Shown in pieces: positions 40,774 through 50,829 of a DNA stretch of 63,826 bases. The notes under the pieces were generated by a model that was not told the DNA's origin, did not search any database, and was given only the letters and a program-made list of their open reading frames with translations. The translations under genes were made by a program, and so were the position numbers. Location: positions 1-63,826 of IMG/VR virus record IMGVR_UViG_3300042526_000765. One strand, given 5' to 3'. This stretch comes from a virus. Its lineage: Duplodnaviria > Caudoviricetes. Position 1 is the stretch's first letter; every line of letters begins with the position of its first letter.

Positions 40774-41727
40774 TTAATTATCCTTTATTTTATTTTTTTT
40801 AAATTTAGTACTGTTTTGATCTTGCAGAGAATCTAATAATCTCTGTTCATTTTGAATATCTAAAGGCATTGCAGAATAAAAATCTTCTTTTGACGTTTCT
40901 TTTCTTTCTTCAGGTGACATTTTTAGTCTTCTATTAGCTTCAGCGGCTGCGTCTGATATTCCAGTTGGATCAATTAAAGATGCTGCCTCTAAACCAGCAG
41001 CGAGAGCATCTCCTGACTTTAAAGCGGAGTAAACTCCTACACCCGCAGAAACTGGACCTAATAAAGATCTTAGTCTTGTAAAGATTGAAGAATTTAGTCC
41101 CATTTTTTTATTTTGCTTTAATATCTCCTGAACTGCTTTTTCATCTTTTGGTAGGTTTTTTACTTCTCTAATAAGTTCATCAGGTTCATATATACCTTTG
41201 TGATGGTGTCCCTTTTTATAAGGGTCGCGCACTTTAGTATCAATATTTGGTCTTATCAAAAAATCTTCATTGTGTTTAAGTTCATGACCGCCATGAGCTA
41301 TAGCTTGTAATTTTTCTATAAGATCATCAGTGGGTTTTTTTATAACTACATAATTTGGGACTGTTCTTGATTTTCCATAATTTAAACCACTTGCAATACC
41401 AAGATTGTCCTTTAAAGTTTTAGCAACTTCTTTTCCCTTTTTGGTTACGACATCAGATGGGTTTAATACATATCTTTTTCCGGGGGTGAGATCATTTTCA
41501 TATACTGAATTTAAAATATCCTCAATAGGATCTTCTAAGTTGGCTCTAGATTTTTCATACTTAACACTTCCGAGTGCTGCATCGATTAAATCTTGAGGAT
41601 TATATCCCATTTCTATAGCTTTATTTACTAAATCTTTGTAAGAAACCATTGGAGAGTTGGCAATAAATGCATTAAATTTATCAATAGATTTTGGAGTAAT
41701 TTCAGAAAATCTTTTGATATTTTTCAT
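40774..41727 (-). CDS. Late protein with HExxH motif and hydrophobic Gly/Ala segment
   Basis: GGHELKHNE; IFTRLRSLLGPVSAGVGVYSAL...IDPTGIS. Confidence 0.75.
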   Translation of the reverse strand: MKNIKRFSEITPKSIDKFNAFIANSPMVSYKDLVNKAIEMGYNPQDLIDAALGSVKYEKSRANLEDPIEDILNSVYENDLTPGKRYVLNPSDVVTKKGKEVAKTLKDNLGIASGLNYGKSRTVPNYVVIKKPTDDLIEKLQAIAHGGHELKHNEDFLIRPNIDTKVRDPYKKGHHHKGIYEPDELIREVKNLPKDEKAVQEILKQNKKMGLNSSIFTRLRSLLGPVSAGVGVYSALKSGDALAAGLEAASLIDPTGISDAAAEANRRLKMSPEERKETSKEDFYSAMPLDIQNEQRLLDSLQDQNSTKFKKNKIKDN

Positions 41728-41729
41728 AT

Positions 41730-43754
41730 TTATTGATTAGGAACAGTGGATGTTGGTAAACTTTCAAAAGGAGCTGGTGGAGTTGCTGGTTTTGGAACTC
41801 CCGGCATTTCTTGTTGCATTGACTGTTCAGAAGCTTCCGCTACTTGTGCTATTGGAGATTGTCCCGCTGCATTTTGTTCAGGTTGCTTCGTAGCTTCTGG
41901 AGAAGTTGTTCCTAGTGGAGCTTGAGGAGGTGCTGCAGGTAGTTGTTGCTGATTCGTCATGATTAATACAGCAGGATCTGTACTTCTTGCAAATTCTATA
42001 TGTTCTTGAATATGCGCATAAATTACAGATGCTCTTTTATCATCCATCCTAATATCAATATCATTTAAAATTGTTCTATGTCTTAATATATGCTCTTTAT
42101 GATCATCAATAACTAAAGCTGGAACTGAAATTCCTTGAATAAGTCTTTCATTTTCCATTTGAATTAAATTAGATTGATCTACTGGACTTTCCATCATTCC
42201 ATCAATACGTCCGGTATTAATAACTTGAGCATATTGTTGTATAGAAAATTCATCTGGTTTCATTTGCATTAATTGCTCAGCCATCTGTACGCGACCTGCG
42301 GTAGTTCTAGCAAGAGGATTTCCTACATCTACAATAACTCTATTAATATCTGCAATATCACTACCTTTAAATTCCACTAAATATTGTCTATTATTAATGC
42401 CCACAATAGACGCTACTCTTGGAGCAGTTGCATAATCTTGTAGTATTTCTAAGATAACTACCCCTAAATCTTCTACTAACTGTACATATTGATTTTGAAG
42501 TCCAGATTGAAATTGAATAGCCATGGATTGTACTAAAGCTAAAGAATTTCCAGAACGTAGATTAGCTGCTGGATCTGGAGTGCCTCTTGTTACAGAATTA
42601 ACTCCCGATAATTGTTCCATTTTATTTTCTAGCATCTGTAGGAAATTAAAAGTTTCTTGAGATGTTCCTAACAGATTTAAAGGTTCTGGTTTTTCTGTTC
42701 CTTGAATAATATTTAATCCCCCGCCTAGATTTGTAATGTCAAGATTAGACCCAGATCTTACAAATAAGTTTTGAGTAGCAAAAGCGATATTGTTTGACAT
42801 AATGGAGGAGTATAGATGATTAATACCTTCTTGTAGAGGTAATAAGTCAAATAAATTAGAATACCCAAACGCAGTTCCTAATATTTCATTTGGACTCATT
42901 CTAAATATAGGAATTCTTCTATATGGTAAAACTTGATCATGAATTACAATATCATCTGATAAAAATACAAGCTCTCTTCCTTCTGGCATTGAGTCCGTTT
43001 TTTTGTGATACATTGTCCACACTTCCACTTCGTCAGAATCAGATTTTCTAAAAATCTGTAAAGAATATCTATCTCTGGCACTTTTAGTATCTAAAGATAG
43101 GATTTGATCTTCTAGTTCTGGATATTTAGCCGCTAAGTCAAATTTATTTTTATATGTCCTTACTAGAAGCCAATCATGATTATTATCTTCTCTATTTACA
43201 TCAAATACTACATCAAATGGAGATATGTTTGTAAACTTTATATCTCCTTCAAATACTTTATCTCCAGTTTCCTCATCTTCTTCAATTACTTTACCAGAAG
43301 TAGCATCCCATTCAATTTTTACATAACCTGCGCCTAAAACAATACTTAATTCTACTGCTTTATTAATATAGCGTTCTAATCTTTTTTCACGCATGTAATA
43401 ATCTAATAGTCCATTAGCTAATGTAACTTGGGCGCTTGATTTATAATCAGTATTAGCAGCTCTAGCTTCCATAGACGGGCGACTTGAAGTTGTCATTACA
43501 TACATGTGTTGAGCTAAATTTCGAATATGATTTACTGGCAATTGAGCTAACTCTCCTTGCTCGCCGCCAAAGGTAATGGTATGTCCAGAAGCCATATCTG
43601 TAAAATATGCTCCATGATAGGTAGCCCAACATGTTTTTAGCTTTTCTAAGTAGCCGTTTGTAGTTAAAGTAGATTTCCAATCGGAAGCTTTTTCCAATAA
43701 AACAGAAGCTGCTTCTTTACCTTCTCTAGCTGCAAAATATGTTTGTTTAGCCAT
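41730..43754 (-). CDS. Portal protein
   Basis: Directly after TerL; VNHIRNL, GAGYVKIEWD, ISPFDVVFD, LLPLQEGIN, MEQLSGVN; Pro/Gln-rich tail. Confidence 0.9.
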   Translation of the reverse strand: MAKQTYFAAREGKEAASVLLEKASDWKSTLTTNGYLEKLKTCWATYHGAYFTDMASGHTITFGGEQGELAQLPVNHIRNLAQHMYVMTTSSRPSMEARAANTDYKSSAQVTLANGLLDYYMREKRLERYINKAVELSIVLGAGYVKIEWDATSGKVIEEDEETGDKVFEGDIKFTNISPFDVVFDVNREDNNHDWLLVRTYKNKFDLAAKYPELEDQILSLDTKSARDRYSLQIFRKSDSDEVEVWTMYHKKTDSMPEGRELVFLSDDIVIHDQVLPYRRIPIFRMSPNEILGTAFGYSNLFDLLPLQEGINHLYSSIMSNNIAFATQNLFVRSGSNLDITNLGGGLNIIQGTEKPEPLNLLGTSQETFNFLQMLENKMEQLSGVNSVTRGTPDPAANLRSGNSLALVQSMAIQFQSGLQNQYVQLVEDLGVVILEILQDYATAPRVASIVGINNRQYLVEFKGSDIADINRVIVDVGNPLARTTAGRVQMAEQLMQMKPDEFSIQQYAQVINTGRIDGMMESPVDQSNLIQMENERLIQGISVPALVIDDHKEHILRHRTILNDIDIRMDDKRASVIYAHIQEHIEFARSTDPAVLIMTNQQQLPAAPPQAPLGTTSPEATKQPEQNAAGQSPIAQVAEASEQSMQQEMPGVPKPATPPAPFESLPTSTVPNQ

Positions 43755-43768
43755 TTAAACCTCTATTA

Positions 43769-43778
43769 TTATTTGTTT
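43769..43778 (-). promoter_or_regulatory. Putative late promoter variant AAACAAATAA (portal)
   Basis: Between the TerL stop and the portal GAGG RBS. Confidence 0.5.
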
Positions 43779-45210
43779 AATTCTTTTTTAAACTGAACAT
43801 ATTAACTAAATGTTCTTCAAATCTAGATTTTCCGCTTTCGCCTAATCTAAACGCAGAATCGCCATAAGCCATGCCATAACCTTTTGGATATGGATTGCGT
43901 GTAAATGATATATTACGTATTAAGTATGCTAAAGCATCAATTAAATCATAGTGACCGCCGTCTAAAGATCGTTCATAATCCGTTTTATTTTTATTCCAAG
44001 TTGCATTTTTTAAATGAAAAATCAACTGTTTACATTTAGGATTAATAACAATTCTCTCTTCTGCTATTAAAATTCTTATTTGATTTAACCAAGCATGTTT
44101 ATTGTCTTTCGCGGTTGGAATAAAAGTAATTCCATAATCAATACTCAGGTCATTCAATAAAATTAAGTTGTTATTATCCGAAACTCTTAAAAAAGGCTTT
44201 TTTAAGTTCCACAAATATTCCTCTATCTTCTTAATAGAAGAGGCTAAATTAGCTGTAGTAAAACTTTTTCCTTTAAAAGTAGCTTCGTCTTCTATCACAA
44301 CTTTTCCTGTAATAAAATCATAATAAGCATATAATACACCAGTTAAGTCCTTAACCCCAATATCCATTGAAACATAGCAATCATAATATGCAGGTCTATT
44401 ATACTGTTTTACTATTTTAGCAAGAACTTCATCATTAGCTTCTGGGATAACTGCATGGTCTTCATCGGTTATCATTATATTTAAATACTCTCGTTTAAAA
44501 TCTACAGAATCATAACCCCCAACCTCTTCGGCAAACCCATCAATATCCTCTTGCGTATATCTAGGGCATTGGTATATATTTCTATTTAAAAGGGTTTCTT
44601 TATATTCAGCTTCTTTTACTATGGACCAAAACTCATGACCTTGAGATCTTGGTAAAGTTGAAATCAATAGCATTGATCCTTTTGTAGAGTTTAATTTTGG
44701 ATAAAGAACTGATTTTAAACCATATTTTAAATCATTCATAAATCCACACTCGTCCACAATTATCATATGTGCTTTAGGTCCTCGTGCCGATTCTATTTCT
44801 TCAGCATTGAACCCGTATAATTCAAGTTTACTTTTAGTAGAAGGGAAAATGTAGGTAGAGGAATCTCTGTCAAACTTAGGCTTTATATCTTGTGGACATG
44901 ATTTAAATATCTCATCAAAAGTAGACTTTACAATTTTCTTACCTTGTTTAAGTCTAGGGGCTACGTAACATATAGTTATATTTTTTCTAGTAAGTAATTC
45001 TTCTGCAGCAATTCCTAAAGCTCCATAGCTTTTCCCAGATTGTCGAGAGAATAAAGCAACGTGAGTTTTTCTTTTTGTAGATTTTAACTGATCTCTTAAA
45101 ATCTTTTGATTACTATCTAGTAAAAAATCAGATACTTTACCTTTTCTCCAAAGTATTTCTCTTGCTTGTTGAGGGGTAATTTGTAATAAATTATTGTTCG
45201 CTTGAATCAT
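43777..45210 (-). CDS. terL: Terminase large subunit
   Basis: Walker A SRQSGKS, Walker B IIVDECG, ISTL coupling motif, FKREY, nuclease SMDIGVKD and HYDLIDAL. Confidence 0.96.
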   Translation of the reverse strand: MIQANNNLLQITPQQAREILWRKGKVSDFLLDSNQKILRDQLKSTKRKTHVALFSRQSGKSYGALGIAAEELLTRKNITICYVAPRLKQGKKIVKSTFDEIFKSCPQDIKPKFDRDSSTYIFPSTKSKLELYGFNAEEIESARGPKAHMIIVDECGFMNDLKYGLKSVLYPKLNSTKGSMLLISTLPRSQGHEFWSIVKEAEYKETLLNRNIYQCPRYTQEDIDGFAEEVGGYDSVDFKREYLNIMITDEDHAVIPEANDEVLAKIVKQYNRPAYYDCYVSMDIGVKDLTGVLYAYYDFITGKVVIEDEATFKGKSFTTANLASSIKKIEEYLWNLKKPFLRVSDNNNLILLNDLSIDYGITFIPTAKDNKHAWLNQIRILIAEERIVINPKCKQLIFHLKNATWNKNKTDYERSLDGGHYDLIDALAYLIRNISFTRNPYPKGYGMAYGDSAFRLGESGKSRFEEHLVNMFSLKKN

Positions 45211-45607
45211 CTACAACCTGTAAAGCAAGTTGCAATAACTGATCATGGCTTAAACTTGTCTCTTTCTTAGTTTTCTTTTCTTCAGTTATGGACTTACCTT
45301 TAATTAACATCAAAGATTTAACGTATATTTCAAAAGCTTTTACTTCAGTAAATTCCAACGGTCCAGTTTTTGCTGACTGGTATAAACGATTTATTTCAAG
45401 TTTACAAAGTTCTTCTTCGTTAGAACCAACTGCAATTGAGTTATTTGAAAACTTAGTTATCTCTTCTAAATGTTTTAATTTATCTGTAACTTGCTCTAAT
45501 TCTTTTTGAATTTTAGAATTGAGAGATGTTAATTTTTCTGAATATTTTTTTAATTCATCATTTTGTTTTATAATATCTCTAACTTCATCTGCAGACAATA
45601 GTTTCAT
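45191..45607 (-). CDS. Terminase small subunit candidate
   Basis: Overlaps the TerL start; helical; C-terminal LSHDQLLQLA. Confidence 0.45.
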   Translation of the reverse strand: MKLLSADEVRDIIKQNDELKKYSEKLTSLNSKIQKELEQVTDKLKHLEEITKFSNNSIAVGSNEEELCKLEINRLYQSAKTGPLEFTEVKAFEIYVKSLMLIKGKSITEEKKTKKETSLSHDQLLQLALQVVDDSSEQ

Positions 45608-45609
45608 AA

Positions 45610-45894
45610 TTACTTCTTAGTGAAGTTTACAGCAGCTTTAATACCTTCTGCAGCATTTCTTATTTTAATCATCTCATTACTAAGTTCTACAATTCTAGCA
45701 TTAGTTAAGTCTTCATTTTTATTAACTTTTTCTAATACTTGACTTGAAATTTTCTTAGCTTTAATTACTTCATTGGATACTAAAAATGCCAAAATTGAAA
45801 CAAGGCACATTGCATCAGCATAAGATGCTGAAAAGAATACAATTCTTAATACAAAAAGACATACTAGTATGAATACAAAATCATAACTTTTCAT
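45610..45894 (-). CDS. Membrane protein (2 TM plus coiled coil)
   Basis: Two N-terminal hydrophobic helices; first gene of the late block. Confidence 0.65.
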   Translation of the reverse strand: MKSYDFVFILVCLFVLRIVFFSASYADAMCLVSILAFLVSNEVIKAKKISSQVLEKVNKNEDLTNARIVELSNEMIKIRNAAEGIKAAVNFTKK

Positions 45895-45988
45895 TTTTTT
45901 CTGCCTATGTTAAAAAGAGACATTGTGTTAATCGCTTGTGTATATTATTTATTCCATTTGGAACACTCGAACTTACGCTGTCTCATAT

Positions 45989-45998
45989 TATATTTGTT
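45989..45998 (-). promoter_or_regulatory. Putative late promoter AACAAATATA (packaging operon)
   Basis: Head of the - strand late block. Confidence 0.65.
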
Positions 45999-46022
45999 AT
46001 TATACCATAAAAAATAAAGTAT

Positions 46023-46051
46023 TTGTGATTTTTTTAATTAGTGTGTATAAT
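46023..46051 (+). promoter_or_regulatory. Sigma70-like promoter
   Basis: TTGTGA-17 bp-TATAAT, preceded by an A-rich tract. Confidence 0.6.
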
Positions 46052-46253
46052 ACAATTACTATATAGTACTCGCAATTTTCGCAGTGAGTTTAAAACGAAC
46101 TGCGATACGAATATTAGTATACTAAGTATTTATACGTATATTAGTATACTCAGTAGCACAATTAGCGTAAATTTTAAGGTATTGATGTATTTAAAAGATA
46201 TGCTAAACATATAAATTTATTAGTGACGCATTGCTTCTTTTGGATAATAAGTA

Positions 46254-46263
46254 AACAAATGTA
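46254..46263 (+). promoter_or_regulatory. Putative late promoter AACAAATGTA (endolysin)
   Basis: The only intergenic + strand copy I found; directly upstream of the endolysin RBS. Confidence 0.7.
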
Positions 46264-46278
46264 TAAAAGAGGTGTGTT

Positions 46279-46689
46279 ATGATTATAACATTTAAAAAAG
46301 GCGAAAACAAACAACTTAGTAATCATTTTAATTCTTCTGAATTTGAGTGTCCTTGTAGTGCTTGTAAAGATAAAGAGCAGTATATTGATGAAGAACTTAT
46401 TAGTAAACTAGAAGAAGTGCGTGTTGAATATGGAAGTGGTATAGTAATTAATTCTGGGTATAGATGTCCTAGTCACAATAAAAAAATTGGTGGAAAAGAA
46501 AATAGTTCTCACATGAAAGGTCTTGCTGCTGACCCTTCACCTGCCAGAAAAACACTAGATGATTTAGATTTATTATACGAACTATGTTTTAATAAATTTG
46601 ATAATATTGGAGATGGACGAAAAAAAGGATTTGTTCACGTAGATACTAGACCAAATAAGTCAACTGGTAAAAGGCATTGGATATATTAA
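46279..46689 (+). CDS. Peptidase M15A endolysin
   Basis: HFNSSEFEC, INSGYRCPSHN, SSHMKGLAAD, FVHVDTR. Confidence 0.92.
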   Translation: MIITFKKGENKQLSNHFNSSEFECPCSACKDKEQYIDEELISKLEEVRVEYGSGIVINSGYRCPSHNKKIGGKENSSHMKGLAADPSPARKTLDDLDLLYELCFNKFDNIGDGRKKGFVHVDTRPNKSTGKRHWIY

Positions 46690-46967
46690 TGGAAAAAATT
46701 CCAAAAATGAACAGACTCTCTAAGAAAATTGCTAAAAAAACTGGTTTGGGAATTTATGATATAGATGCTATACTAAAATTAACCGGATTTGAGGTAATTG
46801 AGATCTTAAAAAAAGAACAAAGGTTCTTCTGGGCAGGGGTGGGGGTTTTTTACTTATCCATTCAGGATAATGGTCTATCTGTTAGAATACGATTATCAGA
46901 TGAAGCATATGAAAGATTAAATAAAAAAGAAAATGGAGAGTCTACAAATGAAATTATATTTGAATGA
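46689..46967 (+). CDS. HU/IHF-like DNA-binding protein with shortened arm
   Basis: LSKKIAKKTGL...IDAIL...EILKKEQRFFWAGVGVF...VRIRLSDEAYERLN. Confidence 0.6.
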   Translation: MEKIPKMNRLSKKIAKKTGLGIYDIDAILKLTGFEVIEILKKEQRFFWAGVGVFYLSIQDNGLSVRIRLSDEAYERLNKKENGESTNEIIFE

Positions 46968-47310
46968 TACACAAAGGGATTATCTTTTAGAAATTCTAAA
47001 GGCATCAGAAAATAATGCAATTAATGGAAAGGACCAAGAATTAGCTGTTGCATTTAATGAATTATATGAAAAAATTAAACCTGAAAACTCAGGATATGTT
47101 TCTTTAAATCGCGGAGAAGCTGAAACAGTTTTTGAATTTTGTGAAATTGTTAGAAGGTCATTAGATAACGCTTTAACTTTTTTAAATAAAGATACGGAAA
47201 GATCTGTAGAGGAAGTAGAAGAACTTAAAAATAAAACAACTGTAGCTAGAGATGAAATTGAACAAGTTGCGACTCAGCTTCAGGAAAAAATTAGGAATAA
47301 TCCTGTATGA
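46948..47310 (+). CDS. Hypothetical helical protein
   Basis: GGAG RBS before MKLYLND. Confidence 0.7.
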   Translation: MKLYLNDTQRDYLLEILKASENNAINGKDQELAVAFNELYEKIKPENSGYVSLNRGEAETVFEFCEIVRRSLDNALTFLNKDTERSVEEVEELKNKTTVARDEIEQVATQLQEKIRNNPV

Positions 47311-48335
47311 ATTTTAATATAAATAAGCTTCTAAAAGAAGAAACTGCGAATGAAGATTCGAAAGACATAACCTCTGAATTAGAACTTGTTTGGTATAAAT
47401 TCAACACACCTACTGGATTTTATCTTAGTCCATTTACTAAGAGTAAACATGAACTTTGCTTTTACGAAACTCCCCAAGAAATGGCTAAAAGTTTAAATCC
47501 AGAAAAATCATACGAAGTAATTACTAATAACCTAGTAGAAGTATACGAAAAAGCTACTCCACAAACAGAACCGCAAATTTTACCAAATGGCGTTTATTAT
47601 CATGAATTTGGTAGTGCATCTGTTCCAGAAAGAATTTCTCCAATGGTAATTAGAGAAGATAAATATGTAGAATTGATGGATAGCTTAAAAGATTTGGATG
47701 AAGGAATCGATCAATTTGTAGAAAACAAACAATTGTACACAGATTCTTGTTCTGCTTATAAACTTGGAGTACTATTATTTGGTCCTCCGGGAAGTGGAAA
47801 AACTAGTTATATGAGAGAGTTTATTCGTAAAAAAGATGCTATCGTAATTTTTATGGACGGAGTTCCTTCTCGTAAATTTTTAGAAAAACTAGAAACTTCT
47901 ACAAAAGACAAGTTAAAAATTGTAGTTTTTGAAGAAGCCGTATCTCTTTTAGAATCATCCGATGACATACGTGAGATGTTAGATTTTTTAGACGGTTCAA
48001 AATCCTTATCTAATACAATATATTTCTTATCTACCAATTATCCAGAATCTATTCCTGAAAATATTGTCAGAAATGGTAGAATCGATATTTTTGTCAAAGT
48101 AGAGTATCCTAATGTAGTAGCAAGAAAAAAACTAATTAATCTTTATTTAAAACGAGAAGCGGCAGAAGAGGAACTAAACCTTACTGAAAATATGCCTATC
48201 GTAGATATTAGAGAAATTTGTTTTGCTCATAAAAAAACTGGAAAATCTTTCAGAGATTGTGTTAAAATCATAGAAGATAAAAACAAAATGCTTAAAAAAC
48301 ATTTTGGAAAAACTAAAGAAATTCGACTAGCATAA
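47307..48335 (+). CDS. AAA+ ATPase
   Basis: GVLLFGPPGSGKT, IVVFEE, LDFLDG, STN, RNGRID (SRH). Confidence 0.9.
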   Translation: MNFNINKLLKEETANEDSKDITSELELVWYKFNTPTGFYLSPFTKSKHELCFYETPQEMAKSLNPEKSYEVITNNLVEVYEKATPQTEPQILPNGVYYHEFGSASVPERISPMVIREDKYVELMDSLKDLDEGIDQFVENKQLYTDSCSAYKLGVLLFGPPGSGKTSYMREFIRKKDAIVIFMDGVPSRKFLEKLETSTKDKLKIVVFEEAVSLLESSDDIREMLDFLDGSKSLSNTIYFLSTNYPESIPENIVRNGRIDIFVKVEYPNVVARKKLINLYLKREAAEEELNLTENMPIVDIREICFAHKKTGKSFRDCVKIIEDKNKMLKKHFGKTKEIRLA

Positions 48336-48352
48336 CTTCAACAGGAGAGTAG

Positions 48353-50206
48353 ATGAACAAGTCAAATCGTTTGTTAAGCGATATCGTAGCCTATAGAACT
48401 TATGCAAAACATTTAACTTCGCAAAATAGACGAGAAACTTTAGAAGAAACTTTAAATAGAAATTTATCAATGTATCTAGAAAAATATCCTAAATTAAGTA
48501 GGGATATTATTAAAGCGTTTAAACAAGTTCATGATTTTAATGTAATGCCATCAATGCGCTCTCTTCAATTTGGAGGAGAGGCAATATTTAAAAATAATGT
48601 AAGATTATTTAACTGTTCGTTTGCGAATATCACATATCCAAGAATATTTGCGGAAGCTTTATTTCTATTACTGTCAGGAACAGGTTTTGGATATTCTGTG
48701 CAAAATCATCATATAAAACAACTACCTAGCTTGAGACTTCCGAAAGAAGAAGGGATCTATATAGTTCATGATTCTATTGAAGGATGGGCAGAAGCCTTAA
48801 ATCAATTAATGTCTGCTTATTTTTTTGGATCGATTAGACCAGTGTTTGATTTTTCAAAAATTAGAGATAAAGGATCTTATCTAGTGACTACAGGAGCAAA
48901 AGCTCCCGGTCCTGAACCTTTAAGACAAATGCTATTGAAGGTAGAGGCTATTTTAAAACTAAATTTAGGTAGAAAATTATCATCACTACAAGTGCACGAT
49001 ATTATCTGTTTAGTTGCTGATTGCGTATTATCCGGAGGAATTCGAAGAGCTGCTCTTATATCTCTTTTTGATAGGAACGATACGGAAATGCTAACTTCCA
49101 AGCATGGAGCATGGTGGGAAAAACACCCGCATCGAGCAAGAGCTAATAATTCAGCAGTACTTCCTAGATCAGAAACTACATTTGAAGAATTTAAAAATGT
49201 ATATGACATGTGTATTGCTTCTAATGCAGGAGAGCCGGGATTTTTTTGGACAAATGATCTCGAATGGGGTACTAATCCATGTGCAGAAATTGGTCTTCAA
49301 TCAAATCAGTTCTGTAATCTCACTACAACTAATCTTACAGGATTAAAAAATGAAAAAGACTTCGAAAACAGAGTATATGCTGCAGCCTTGCTTGGAACTT
49401 TGCAAGCAGGATTCACAGACTTCCCATATCTCAGTGAAAAATGGAGAACTGTCACCGAGTCAGAAGCACTTATTGGATGCTCTTTCACTGGAATTGCTGA
49501 TGCAAGTAGTTTGTCCGGTGATTCTTTACAAAGAGCTGCAAAACTTGTCCTTGACGTTAATGAAAAATACGCAAAAAAAATTGGAATTAATACCGCAAGT
49601 AGAACAACTGCAATTAAACCAGAAGGAACAGCCAGTTGTGTACTTGGGTCCAGTTCAGGAATTCACGCTAGACATTCAGAGTATTATCTCAGACGAGTAA
49701 GAATGAATAAGGATGATGAACTTGCTAGATACCTTTCTAGAATTGTACCTGAATTAGTAGAGCAAGATATATTTTCAGCAAATGGAGTAGTTGTAACTAT
49801 ACCGCAAGAATCTCCTGCCGGAGCAATTACTAGACATCAAGAAAGTGCTATTGTATTATTTGATAGAGTAAAACACTATTATAATAATTGGGTAGTTCCC
49901 GGACATAGAAACGGAAGTAATACTCATAATATCAGTTGTACTATTAATTATAAACCAGAAGAAGTTGGATTATTATTCAATAAATTATGGGAAGATAGAT
50001 TTCAATATTCTGCAGTTAGTCTATTACCATTTTCAGATGCAATCTATCAACAAGCTCCATTCGAAGATTGCACTAAAGAAATTTTTGAAAAATATGATAA
50101 AATGGTAAAAGAAATTGACTTAACTAAGGTATTAGAAATGCAAGATACTACCAGCAGAACAGATCAAATTGCTTGTAGTGGCGGGTTGTGCGAGTTAAAT
50201 ATATGA
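48353..50206 (+). CDS. nrdJ: Class II (B12-dependent) ribonucleotide reductase
   Basis: RTYA, PSMRSL, FNCSF, GGIRRAA, GEPG, TNPCAEI, FCNL, KPEGT, C-terminal CSGGLC; no beta-subunit gene nearby. Confidence 0.93.
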   Translation: MNKSNRLLSDIVAYRTYAKHLTSQNRRETLEETLNRNLSMYLEKYPKLSRDIIKAFKQVHDFNVMPSMRSLQFGGEAIFKNNVRLFNCSFANITYPRIFAEALFLLLSGTGFGYSVQNHHIKQLPSLRLPKEEGIYIVHDSIEGWAEALNQLMSAYFFGSIRPVFDFSKIRDKGSYLVTTGAKAPGPEPLRQMLLKVEAILKLNLGRKLSSLQVHDIICLVADCVLSGGIRRAALISLFDRNDTEMLTSKHGAWWEKHPHRARANNSAVLPRSETTFEEFKNVYDMCIASNAGEPGFFWTNDLEWGTNPCAEIGLQSNQFCNLTTTNLTGLKNEKDFENRVYAAALLGTLQAGFTDFPYLSEKWRTVTESEALIGCSFTGIADASSLSGDSLQRAAKLVLDVNEKYAKKIGINTASRTTAIKPEGTASCVLGSSSGIHARHSEYYLRRVRMNKDDELARYLSRIVPELVEQDIFSANGVVVTIPQESPAGAITRHQESAIVLFDRVKHYYNNWVVPGHRNGSNTHNISCTINYKPEEVGLLFNKLWEDRFQYSAVSLLPFSDAIYQQAPFEDCTKEIFEKYDKMVKEIDLTKVLEMQDTTSRTDQIACSGGLCELNI

Positions 50207-50370
50207 AATTATGGATTTTAACATTAATCTTAAATGGACATACAATTAATCATAGGTATAAGTTTTACTATAAAAAAACTTGTGATACAATAGGTAAGAG
50301 TTTTATTGATAAAAGAAGACTTAATAAATATAGATGTAATCTAAAAATAATTGGGAAATCTTTAAAATGA
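50203..50370 (+). CDS. Small putative exported protein with a Cys pair
   Basis: MKLWILTLIL...F...C...C; resembles 56092..56256. Confidence 0.55.
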   Translation: MKLWILTLILNGHTINHRYKFYYKKTCDTIGKSFIDKRRLNKYRCNLKIIGKSLK

Positions 50371-50624
50371 TGTCAAGAAAGAAAGCAATTGAGATTACAA
50401 GAGAAGCAGAACAAACAGTATATACTTCTATTGAAGATATTGCACAACTCATAGAGTTACATGCAAAAATAGGAATGTCAGATATGGAAGTTTTTATAGA
50501 AAAAGCATCTGCAAAAAAATTTATAAAAGTTCTAGATAGAAAAAAATTTTATTCACGAATTACCGAATTTAAATCACTGGAACATGAATGTAGGCTTTAT
50601 ATTTCTTGGATATCAAATCTTTAA
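50367..50624 (+). CDS. Hypothetical protein
   Basis: ATGA coupling; C-terminal LYISW. Confidence 0.7.
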   Translation: MMSRKKAIEITREAEQTVYTSIEDIAQLIELHAKIGMSDMEVFIEKASAKKFIKVLDRKKFYSRITEFKSLEHECRLYISWISNL

Positions 50625-50813
50625 ATCTTGATCCAGCTTTGTATCTTTATTTAAGCGTCTTTTTAACCTCATACGCTCTCTATTATAAGCTCTGTAACAT
50701 TCTGGACATTGTTTTCCATTCCACAGTTTTCCACTTTGATCAATAAATCTAGTAACATTATTTCTTATAACGGGCTCTTTTGTTACATCTATTTTACACG
50801 ATTTACATATCAT
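50613..50813 (-). CDS. Small zinc-finger protein, antisense within the + strand block
   Basis: MICKSC...CPECYRAYNRERMRLKRR; GAGGA RBS at 50821-50825; late motif at 50830-50839. Confidence 0.75.
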   Translation of the reverse strand: MICKSCKIDVTKEPVIRNNVTRFIDQSGKLWNGKQCPECYRAYNRERMRLKRRLNKDTKLDQDLKI

Positions 50814-50829
50814 ATTTGCATCCTCTATG

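Noticed and set aside
10732-45894. Stop-codon reassignment
   Set aside because: Long genes are intact under the standard code, and TAA, TAG and TGA all end tightly packed genes in this window
597-50206. Inteins or introns in polA, terL or nrdJ
   Set aside because: Lengths and motif spacing look normal; the only Hint-like sequence is the separate ORF at 6593
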